Part shown: piece by piece, positions 12,701 through 21,821 of the stretch
How the letters are laid out: each line of letters starts with the position of its first letter
Position numbering within the stretch: the stretch's first letter is position 1
Assembly: GCA_964187785.1 (NCBI GenBank)
Contig: OZ076417.1
Span: 36,084,001 to 36,148,000 of the forward strand
DNA: 64,000 bases
Direction: 5' to 3'
From: Amphiscolops sp. MND2022
Lineage: Eukaryota
Notes under the pieces: generated by a model
What the model was told of the DNA's origin: nothing
What the model saw: the letters and a program-made list of their open reading frames with translations, nothing else
Databases searched by the model: none
Translations under genes and position numbers: made by a program

Positions 12701-15700
12701 GATCCACTGTTGGCACAATGTATTTGAACTGCAAATCAGTTGTCTCGAAATGAAACGATTTTATATCTGTCTCGTTCTCTATATCATACGGAGGTAGTTC
12801 ATTGAACGTTGAACTAGCCTCAGTTGTTGGCACGGGAATGAATGGTTCAGATGTCGTTATAAGCAAGTTTTGTGACTCAATAATAATTCCTCTGATTCGT
12901 GGTTCGATGATCGCAACAACTTTACCTGGATATAACCCTAAATGATCTTGGGTCAAAATACGACTTTCTTTATCACTGGATGTTAACAGCGCCAGAACAT
13001 TGTTTGAGTTTATTTCTCCAAAGAGGAAGGATCGATCATAATTAACCTGTTGCAGCTTTTTATAGGGTGTGGAGTACCTCCCATGTCCAGACTCTTTATA
13101 TTTGATGGGCTCGGAAGATCTTTTACCACGAAGGAAGGCCAGATATCTTTTTAAATCTTCGGTATCATCGCCTGCTGGAAAGTCCGAGAAAGAAATTACA
13201 TTACATGCTGGAGACAAATTTCTGGCACCTTTAGGATTTAAAGACGACGCAAATGCGGCAGTTATTCTGGAATAACAATCTAAAAGATGAAAGCGTATTG
13301 TCTTAATTCAAATGGTAAGTACTGCCAGAAATTAGTTGTAACTGAGTCTTCAGACAAAAGTTCCCAAAATACTTACGGCCAAGCACTTTTGAAGACTTGC
13401 ACTAATTTAAAATCAAGAGCTATATGATTCAAATGAATGTTACACAAGGAGCAAAGTGAAACTGTATCCTTGGTTGAAGGAGGAGAAAAACTTTTGCGCT
13501 TTTGTAATAGCTTCCGTTAACTGAGAAAAACGTGAGAGGTTGATCAGCGGTAGAAATGCGTTTACAACTGAAGCAGTAATCGACATCTGGATAAGAAACT
13601 GGGTCTTCGTTAGTATCTGGAGATAAAAACAGAAACTTCAAATATATCCTGGGAGTTGATTGCCATCGAACTAGAACAATTGGAACAAACTGCCTGGAGT
13701 AAAACTGGCCACACTGACTACGTCTTTTCACGTTAGTTTGCCGCTTCTTACACCCACCTCTGCTCTTTCGTGAGTCGATGGTCAAGTAATGAAACAACAA
13801 TGTATCTAGAAGAACCATGCATGAAGATCACATGTTTTATTATTCAAACGTTTTTAAGAAACCCAAGCGATAGATGCAAAACGCAATATAATGGAGAGTA
13901 GGCTCAAAGATTGTAGCCGAATGAACAAAATAACTTGAAACTATGACAACGTTAATCACGGGATCATTTGAATCAAGACCCGATTTTTACGAAAAACCTC
14001 AAAATCATTAAGTGGAATCGTGTTTTCGGTGTAACATTTAAATAATTGTATGACACATTGGATCATAAAAGTCAATAGTCGAAAAAAATTAATTGCCTAA
14101 ACTGTAACAACTAAAACTGGAACCTAAATGAGGAAACATCTTCAAGTTCCTTAGGTATTTTATGAAATTAGATTACAATTAAGTCAAATGACACAATTAG
14201 CAAACAGTTATCGATCAACAGGTACAACAACGAAACGAAAAAAAATGAATTAAAAGAAGAAATACAGCTGTTCCTACAAATTCGATAAACAATTGAATCA
14301 CCAAGGAAAGACTTTGTTCTTTATAATACTCTTCAAACACGAAATGCCGTTTTCACTCAAATGGACTTCGTCGTCATTAACTACAGTAACCGCAAACCTT
14401 TCAGTTCCCACTCCAAAATAGCGACAGTCTAGTGGAACTTGACTAATGTAATTTAATTGTTTCAGTCGATCAGCTGTACCATTCGTCCTTATTGGAACAC
14501 CGACAATTGCTACTTTGCAAGCAGGATTCAAGAACTTAATCCGATGCACACTGTTATTCCAAATAAATAAGATTTCACCAGGAGCTCCAGCTTTACGCAC
14601 TACATTATTTTTATTGAAATCGTTCACGCTGTTTCCACCAAGGAATAATATAATTTTATTGTAATGGCGAATGAGCATGGCAAATCTGGAACCATGTACA
14701 AACGCATCCAAATTGTCACTTCGGGCACCGGGACTACTTGTTTTATCGACTTGATGCATATAAAAGGTTCTTAGAAGAGAATCTCCGACAATGAGGGTGC
14801 GGGGGAACGGCTTGAATCTGTTGTTTCAATAAGACATTTGAACTTGAATTCTCCGTTGAAGAAATGAAACATTGTTCAATCTGGAAAAAACACTTCTTAA
14901 GAGGGAGACACCACCAATGATCATTGCCAAGAGGCATCATGACGATGTGATCGAAGCCGCAATTGATGAGATTAAGAAAATGGACAACGAACTTATTTTA
15001 AAAAATCCGCAATCGTAACACCAAAAAATGACATTTTTTCGTTACGCTGAACTCATCTGAACAATGGCGGTGGCGACTGTGGTCTGGGGTATCGGAGTCG
15101 TAGCGCCGGTTCCGACAATGGTTTAGTAACCGGATCGATGGCCACAAAGTGGAATTCGTGAACCTCAACAAATGATTTTTTTTCAACTTTTGATGGTTTG
15201 AACCAACCAATCACTCGGAAACCGGCTCGTGAAGGACAACTCACCACTTTTCTCGACGCAGACACACGTTTTCTTTTGTATACTGACCGTCGCAGAATGA
15301 GCCAGGGCAAAGATCCACTGTTGGCACAGTGTATTTGAACTGAAAATCAGTTGTCTCGAAATGAAACGATTTTATATCTGTCTCGTTCTCTATATCATAC
15401 GGAGGTAGTTCATTGAACGTTGAACTAGCCTCAGTTGTTGGCACAGGAATGAATGGTTCAGATGTCGTTATAAGCAAATTTTGTGACTCAACAATAACTC
15501 CTCTGATTCGTGGTTCGATGATCGCAACAACTTTACCTGGGTATAACTGAATGATCTCGGGTCAAAACACGACTTCTTTATCACTGGATGTGAACAGCGC
15601 CAGAACATTGTTTGAGTTTATTTCTCCAAAAAGGAAGAATCGATCATAATAAACCTGTTGCAGCTTGTTTCTAGGGGGTGTGGAGTACCTCCCGTGTCCA

Positions 15701-18700
15701 GACTGTTTATATTTGATAGGCTCGGAAGATCTTTTACCACGAAGGAAGGCCAGATATATTTTTTAATCTTCGGTATCATCGCCTGCTGAAAAGTCCGAGA
15801 AAGAAATTACATTATATGCTCGAGACGAATTTCTAGCACCTTTAGGATTTAAACACGACGCAAATGCAGCAGATATTCTGGAATAACAATCTAAAAGAGG
15901 AAAGCGTATTGTCTTTATTCAAATGGTAAGTACTGCCAGAAATTAATTGTAACTGAGTCTTCACTTTTGAAGACTTGCACTAATTTAAAATCAAGAGCTA
16001 GATGTTTCAAATGAATGTTACACAAGGAGCAAAGTGAAACTGTATCCTTGGTTGAAGGAGGAGAAAAACTTTTGCCCTTGTGTAAATAGCTTCCGTTAAC
16101 TGAGAAAAACGTGAGAGGGTGTGAAAAAACGTGAAGCAGTAATCAACACCTGGATAAGAAACTGGGTCTTCGTTAGTATTGGAGATAAAAACAGAAACTT
16201 CAAATATATCCTGGGAGTTGATTGCCATCGAACTAGAACAATTGGAACAAACTGTATTGGAGTAAAACTGGCCACACTGACTACGTCTTTTCACGTTAGT
16301 TTGCTGCTTCTTACACCCACCTCTGCTTTTTCGTGAGTCGATGGTCAAGTAATGCAACAACAATGTGTCTAGAAAAACCATGCATGAAGACCACATGTTT
16401 TATTATTCAAACGTTTTTAAGAAAAACAAGCGATAGATGCAAAACGCAAAATAATCGAGAGTAGTCTCAAAGATTGTAGCAGAATGAACAAAATAACTTG
16501 AAACCATGACAACGTTAAACACGGGATCATTCGAATCAAGACCCGATTTTTAAGAAAAACACAAATCAACAAGTGGAAACGTGTTTTCGGTGTAACATTT
16601 AAATAATTATATGACACATTGGATCATAAAAGTCAATAGTTGAAAAAAATTGATTGCCTAAACTGTAGCAACTGAAACTGGAACCTGAATGAGGAAACAT
16701 CTTCTTCAAATTCGTTAGGTATTTTGTGAACTTAGATTACATTTAAGTCAAATGACACAATTATCAAACAGTTATCGTCTCAACAGGTACAACAAAACGA
16801 CAAAAAAATTGAAATAAAAAAAACAGCGGTTCCCACAAATTCAATAAACAATTGAATCACCAGGGAAAAACTTTGTTCTTTATAATACTCTTCAAACACG
16901 AAATGCCGTTTTCACTCAAATGCAATTCGTGGTCAATAACTACAGTAACCGCAGACATTTTAGTTCCCACTCCAAAATAGTGACATTCTGGTGGGACTTG
17001 ACTAATAATGTAATTTAATTGTTTCAGTCGATCAGCTGTACCATTCGTCCTTATTGGAACACCGACCATTGCTACTTTGCAAGCAATATTCAAGAACTTA
17101 ATCCGATGCACACTATTATTCCAAATAAATAAGATTTCACCAGGCGTTCCAGCTTGACGCACTACATTATTTTTAGGGAAACCGTTCACGCTGTTTCCAC
17201 CAAGGAATAATATAACTTTATTGTAATGGCGAATGAGCATGGCAAATCTGGAACCCTGTACAAGCGCATCCAAATTGTCACTTCGGGCACCGGGAATACT
17301 TATTTTATCGACTTGATGCATGTAACATGTTCTTAGAAAAGAATCACCGACAATGAGGGTGCGGGGGTACGGCTTGAATCTGTTGTTTCAATAAAACATT
17401 TGAACTTGAATTCTCCGTTGAAGAAATGAAACATTGTTCAATCTGGAAAAAAAACACTTCTTAAGAGGGAGACACCATCAATTATCATTGCCAAGAGGCA
17501 TCATGAACGATGTGATCGAAGCCGCCATTGATGAGATTAAGAAAATGGACAACGAACTCATTAAAAAAATCCGCAATCGTAAAACCAAAAAATAACATTT
17601 TTTCGATACGCTGAAATCATCTGAACGTAAAAAATCGAACCAAAAAACGAGCTATTCTGAAGAAACGGCAACGAACGTAGCAAACTTCAAGCGATATTGT
17701 CAATGAACTCCAATTTGAAAGCAAGCGATACCAACGAAAAGCCAAATACTACAGTAGACGCATTGCGCCACTATTGAGTGATCTTTCAATGATGAAACTT
17801 ATGTAACTTTGCAACCGACTAGAGTAAAAAAGTCAAAGCAATTTCTTCTATATTACCATTCGGTTATATTATCGAGCAGCTAAAGTCGCGGTTACCGAGC
17901 TAGATATTTCTGACTGACAGCGAGCGCGTATTAATTACTGGATTATGGATCCTCACATTCAAAGTTGTAAATGTGAAAAATCCTTATCACTTAATTGTAA
18001 AGTTCTTCTATTAAAATGCAAAGGTTTGTTGTTCATTTAAATAACAAAGCGTTAAGCCCAAGTTGCTTAATGCTTCAAAGCCCAAGATTTAAATGCTTTT
18101 GGCGAGTCTTACTAGGTTTGCACTGCTTTTGTTGTTGGAGTTATTATTTGAAATTATTGATAAATTTTGAAATTGTTCTACTCATCAATAATAATTTCAA
18201 AGTTTCAATAATTTCAAACAAAACCTGGGTTTTCAGGTGAACGGTCGGGTCCATTTCCTCTATGCTGATTATTTCCCTTGCCACGGCCTCAGTAAACATC
18301 CAAAAATGACCTTCCCCTCCCATGACTTTGAGGAAAAGGGACACCTATTTCCAGGTTGAGTTTTTATCGCTATAGGTGGCAATCAACGCTCTTCTGAACG
18401 AAGCAACCTTCACTCTAGAGTCGTTGGAGTTCATGATCCCCCCACCCGCAGTGCCACCTAGCGAGACTTCGACCAATGACAAGAGAGACGGTACAGAACA
18501 ACAGCCGCCTCCACACTTCGAGAAGTTCTCTTTCTGCAATTACGAAGAGGTCAGTCAGTGCAATATGGTAGTGTTACGTCACGTCATCTTGAATAATTTT
18601 TTTCTTGTTACATGTTCCTTTTTGCATTACTAGGTGACCCACAAAAAGTTGTGCACATTTTTGTTCGATGAAATTGAGAAGAAAATATGAGTGAACAAAA

Positions 18701-21700
18701 TCTCAAATGTACTCATGTATGTTTTGAAAGAATTTTCAATGCTCTCACGGTGAAGAAAGTTATCTAAAGGCTTTTTCTTTACTCAAAACAAGAGTTAAAG
18801 GGGTCCGTTCGGTGAATGAGAAAAATTCGAAGAGGTTGTTTTCATCATTTCATTATGTAGAATTGTAGAAAACAAAGCTCTTTAGGTGCTTCCTATATTG
18901 CATCAGACGAAGTTGTTAAGTTAAGAATGTAGAATTTTTGGTTGAACTTTTTTCCCGAAAAAGTGACGAAAAGCCACTATAAATTTTAGTCGGGTCGGCT
19001 CTTTTCTTGAGAAAAGTGTCTGACTAATACAGTGGCTAGTTTTTTTGCCACACCAGAGCTCACCCTGTATGTACCACTTTTTAGTACAGACTTTAATCGG
19101 TTTAGGGGGAACCCAGCGGTCGTGGGTTCGAGTCCCTGCTTCAGCCAGAAATTTTTTCGTGCATTTGCGAACCGGACGAGACTGAAGGTTCCCCCTTTCA
19201 ATTTTTTTCCGGCACTGTGAGACTTCGAAATTTTTTTGTCTTCAAATGGCCCTCCTTCGATTTTATTGAAGTTCCTCGTAATATTCGGAGTAAAGCGCTA
19301 TATTCGAATTTTTGATGTTATCTCCGAACTACAGTGGTGTGAAGAAAGAATGCGACTTAGCTGCTCAAAAAGGCTAATTTTGCAGTCTCATATCTCCAAA
19401 ACTATTCGAAATGATTCAATTTTGTAAAAACAAAAGTTTCTTGAATTTTTGCGATGAATACAATGGTTTTTGTTTCAAATTTCAACCATCATTGTTTTCG
19501 AAGTTAGAAACATGTGATTTTGGGAGGAAAATAATTAAAAATGCTAATTTTTGAGAAAATGTCAGTGATCCAATGAATATTTTTTGATAAATTTTGCCTT
19601 GCAGATGCACTTAAATCTCTCGAAAACGAAGATGAAATTTGATTTTGGATATATTTGGAAAATGTATATTGGTGGGAGTTTTACCAAGTGTAAGTCTGAA
19701 ATTCCTATCTTAATACATGTATTTTCAATTTTACTGAGCGAAAAAGTGCTCCCATTTTTGTTTTCTTGGTGATTTCCACAAACAAAAACTATCATGGGAT
19801 TGAGAAAAATTAGAGAAATTTTTGGGTATAATTTTCATGTAAAAATTATCCCCGAAAGACGGTAAAATATTAAAAATACTGATTTTTGCGAGCGATCGAT
19901 GCTCGTTAAACCAATGAGCTTTGAGCAGCGAGGCTTTGTGAACCAATCAGATTAGAGAATTCTTTGCATTCTGAGCAACTAGGTCGCATTCTTTCTTCAC
20001 ACCACTGTATGTTGCGTTTTACTGAGGAGGGGGGGGGGGGGGGTGGAGTAGGAGGAGGCGGATTTGCGGAAACAGAGTTTTTAAGGAAAACGTCCTACAC
20101 ATATTTTTGAAATTGCACTTTTTGACCCTTAGATATAGCGCCGACTTTGGACGTTTCCGTCTTGTTGGTATTTATAGTACCGACTAAAAATGACGGCATC
20201 GAATTGAAATGAACGGAATGCCCGTGAAAACAAGAGCTTTGGTGAAAATGATAACCGTCAGTTGTTTCGACGCGGAAACTTTCAAAAAGAATTGAAATTT
20301 ATGATTGAATTGAAAATATGATCAATTAGGCACAATCGAACTTTTTCTAACACCCAATCATGAGTGTTTCTAGAAGTCGACAAGAACACTCGTGTTTTTT
20401 GCTAGTGTGTGCTGTGATCAAAATAAATCTGGAAAAAATCAAATTCTACAGAGAATTGGCGCAGTGGTTGAAGCAGCATGTTCCGTCCTTCATTCCGGAC
20501 ACAACATTTTTATTGCAAAAACATTGAATTTTGAATAACAAATGACGTACTTTTAAAAACGTCGATACACATTCGAGCATTATTTCTGAGCCTTAAGTGA
20601 AACACCGATTAATGACGTTGCCAATTCTTTGAATATTTCTCAAAAACGGAGGTTTTTGCAAGGCAGGTCATGTATAACAAAAGATCGTATTTTTTGACCA
20701 TTTTGATAAAATTTGGTGTTTGGTTTTGTAAATCTGCCCTCCATTTGTTGAGGTTTTCAGTATTTATATATACGGGGACCGTTACTGACACTCACTGCAA
20801 GGAGGCTCTGCAGCTTGCAGCGATTCGGCACTATCTCATCTTTCAGTCATAAAATTGCCCCTTTGAACTCTGGGCCATCATTCCCGTTGCAGACCAACAT
20901 AGTTTCGCTTCACACGGTCCCTTTAACATCAGAGAATATAAAAAAAAGATAGTATCTGATAAATCGATAATCAATACCTTTGAAATCAGCCTCGCACATT
21001 CTTTTGAAACTGTTTCAGATATGCACAGAGGAGATAGAACAAGTTCAACGTCTGCTGGAAATTCTGCGCACAGAGAAGACGCAAGAATCGTTGCGGGGCG
21101 TGGCCACCGGGCGTTTGAAGCCCATTTCGGACGAAGAACTGTGTCCTATATGTTGTGCCTCTGAGATCTCAGTCTCGTTCGTCCCTTGTGGACACACTTC
21201 GTGCAAGGCTTGCATCCAGCACCAACTTATGAACAGGGATGATCAATTTAAAAGAAAAAGAAAAAAAAACACTGAATTCCACTGGCTAAATGAAATCAGG
21301 AACTTTTATTTACAAGAGGTGGTGTACATAAACTTGGTTACAAAATATTAAAAATTTAAAGACGGACGATGTTTTTTTTTGATTAATCATAAACAATGCG
21401 AATTGAATCCAATGAAATTGTTCACTTAAATACTTGTTCATTCAGGAGTTCACAAATGATAATGATTTCAAATCTCCTGAAGTTCTAATCCAGCATTTTT
21501 AGATCCAGCACAGAGATTTTTGTACGGTTCTAGGGAGCTATTTTGCTTTTTCAAACAGCAAACGCTGTCAGTTCAAAATCAAGATTTTTAAAATGCTGGT
21601 AAGGCAACGGGTTGGTTTAACGAACCATCTTGTTTCGCAAGTAAATAGAAATTGGCATCTTTGGCTATTTGAAAGCTTCTCAATTGTTTCTCAATGAAGT

Positions 21701-21821
21701 ATTATGTATCGTTTTTTGTTCATCCCTGTTTTTCAAACTGAACAGAAATGAATGTTTCTTCTGCAAACGACCGGTGGAGAAGTTCACAAAACTAACCCAG
21801 GCATCCAACATCAGTAATTGA
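786..21821 (+). CDS. RNF123: E3 ubiquitin ligase RNF123/KPC1, 3' half (5' exons lie upstream of the window); C-terminal RING finger
   Basis: Exons 786-933, 1444-1665, 2664-2889, 4007-4069, 4789-4950, 5656-5770, 6907-7077, 7704-7862, 18376-18549, 21019-21236, 21746-21821. They total 1734 nt (577 aa plus stop) and every phase is consistent. Recognisable RNF123 motifs: [84 protein letters not shown], and [33 protein letters not shown]. All introns are GT-AG except the last (GG-AG). Confidence 0.93.
1731..2176. mobile_element. hAT-type MITE (446 bp)
   Basis: TIRs CAGTGTATTG / CAATACACTG; perfect 8-bp TSD ATACGGAC (1723-1730 and 2177-2184); many internal TACACGA motifs. Confidence 0.8.
3040..3240. 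repeat. Diverged fragment of dispersed repeat family A
   Basis: Shares the ...caatgccgaaaaaaa... and tctgcttgg motifs and a degenerate B-box-like segment with the family A copies. Confidence 0.4.
4135..4303. mobile_element. Tc1/pogo-type MITE (169 bp)
   Basis: Flanked by TA on both sides; imperfect TIRs CAGTAGGGGGTGTTTATAACG vs reverse complement CAGTACGGGCCGTTTATAACG; internal TTTATAACG repeats. Confidence 0.7.
6545..6781. repeat. Partial copy of dispersed family C (fuller copy at 51444-51783)
   Basis: About 200 bp of clear similarity to 51590-51750 (cagctatg.tcacatacc.ctagtgccctaaatgcaggagcg...gcgaagcgaccgagccat...gctaacctcttcaaa). Confidence 0.75.
7994..8692 (+). mobile_element. Non-autonomous Helentron-like element (DINE/HINE type) with internal ~180-bp tandem repeats
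   Basis: 5' subTIR AGGAGTCGG (7997-8005), 3' subTIR CCGACTCCT (8660-8668), 3' palindrome CCGCATATGCGG (8672-8683), T-rich insertion site, about three internal tandem units. The equivalent site near 17845 is empty. Confidence 0.65.
9592..10435 (-). pseudogene. Orphan protein X, copy 1 (frameshifted, ~250-bp internal deletion)
   Basis: Homologous to 12200-13279; carries C-P-G-S-F-C-D-G-Q and [10 protein letters not shown] in different frames. Confidence 0.6.
10585..10974 (-). other. Cys-containing orphan ORF Y, copy 1 (129 aa)
   Basis: An ORF of equal length recurs in all three units; family not recognised. Confidence 0.3.
11440..11969 (-). pseudogene. SGNH/GDSL hydrolase, copy 1 (frameshifted)
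   Basis: [10 protein letters not shown], PxAR and DHEVHL are present but split by small indels relative to copies 2 and 3. Confidence 0.7.
12200..13279 (-). pseudogene. Orphan protein X, copy 2 (most complete; includes a putative 54-nt GT-AG intron at 12422-12369)
   Basis: 210-aa ORF 12585-13217, then a frameshifted 71-aa segment 12391-12606. Removing 12369-12422 joins FINT|[11 protein letters not shown] in frame. Confidence 0.6.
13429..13818 (-). other. Cys-containing orphan ORF Y, copy 2 (129 aa, central part in a different frame)
   Basis: Homologous to the ORFs at 10585 and 16007. Confidence 0.3.
14298..14825 (-). CDS. SGNH/GDSL hydrolase domain, copy 2 (open frame)
   Basis: The frame is open upstream of the listed Met and gives [18 protein letters not shown] (block I Ser at 14778-14780), PGAR (block II), FLGGNSVND (block III), GVPIR and DDEVHL (block V Asp/His). 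The true start or upstream exon is unresolved. Confidence 0.72.
   Translation of the reverse strand, partial: NNRFKPFPRTLIVGDSLLRTFYMHQVDKTSSPGARSDNLDAFVHGSRFAMLIRHYNKIILFLGGNSVNDFNKNNVVRKAGAPGEILFIWNNSVHRIKFLNPACKVAIVGVPIRTNGTADRLKQLNYISQVPLDCRYFGVGTERFAVTVVNDDEVHLSENGISCLKSIIKNKVFPW
15053..15890 (-). pseudogene. Orphan protein X, copy 3 (same ~250-bp deletion as copy 1)
   Basis: ORF fragments 15241-15477 and 15053-15310. Confidence 0.6.
16007..16396 (-). other. Cys-containing orphan ORF Y, copy 3 (129 aa)
   Basis: Nearly identical to copy 1. Confidence 0.3.
16857..17387 (-). CDS. SGNH/GDSL hydrolase domain, copy 3 (open frame)
   Basis: [10 protein letters not shown] (Ser at 17340-17342), [13 protein letters not shown] and DHELHL all in one frame. 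Confidence 0.72.
   Translation of the reverse strand, partial: NNRFKPYPRTLIVGDSFLRTCYMHQVDKISIPGARSDNLDALVQGSRFAMLIRHYNKVILFLGGNSVNGFPKNNVVRQAGTPGEILFIWNNSVHRIKFLNIACKVAMVGVPIRTNGTADRLKQLNYIISQVPPECHYFGVGTKMSAVTVVIDHELHLSENGISCLKSIIKNKVFPW
17503..17806 (+). pseudogene. Small Lys/Glu-rich (coiled-coil-like) ORF remnant, complete only in the last unit
   Basis: [27 protein letters not shown]... continues, with stops and a frameshift, to ...[11 protein letters not shown] inside the right terminal repeat. Copies near 12085 and 14940 break off at the unit junction. Confidence 0.35.
18984..20166 (+). mobile_element. Family A Helentron-like element with a nested MITE
   Basis: 5' hairpin ttttagtcgg...ctgacta; internal B-box GGGTTCGAGTCCC (about 19123); cggcactgtgagac body motif; 3' end ccttagatatagcgccgactttggacgtttccgtcttgtt. 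Confidence 0.55.
19332..20007. mobile_element. Tc1/mariner-type MITE (676 bp)
   Basis: 36-bp TIRs CAGTGGTGTGAAGAAAGAATGCGAC(T/C)TAG(C/T)TGCTCA with two mismatches; TA at 19330-19331 and 20008-20009. Confidence 0.88.

Larger units (their letters stand above)
7922..17900. mobile_element. Gene-bearing tandem cassette inside RNF123 intron 8: three 2.6-2.9-kb units (9602-17627) bounded by ~120-bp direct repeats
   Basis: The anchor (g)atgg(t/c)ggtggcgactgtggtctggggtatcgg recurs at about 9602, 12207 and 15063, and unit homology ends at about 17627. Terminal repeat: 7922-7993 plus 8692-8744 matches 17781-17900. That it is a repeat is directly visible; that it is mobile is inference. Confidence 0.7.

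Noticed and set aside
20029-20043. G15 run as a functional G-quadruplex element (also the C-run near 50060)
   Set aside because: Isolated homopolymers in intronic repeat DNA, with no further support.
20980-21351. 123-aa ORF as a stand-alone RING protein
   Set aside because: It is RNF123 exon 10 plus flanking intron and lacks the last two RING cysteines.
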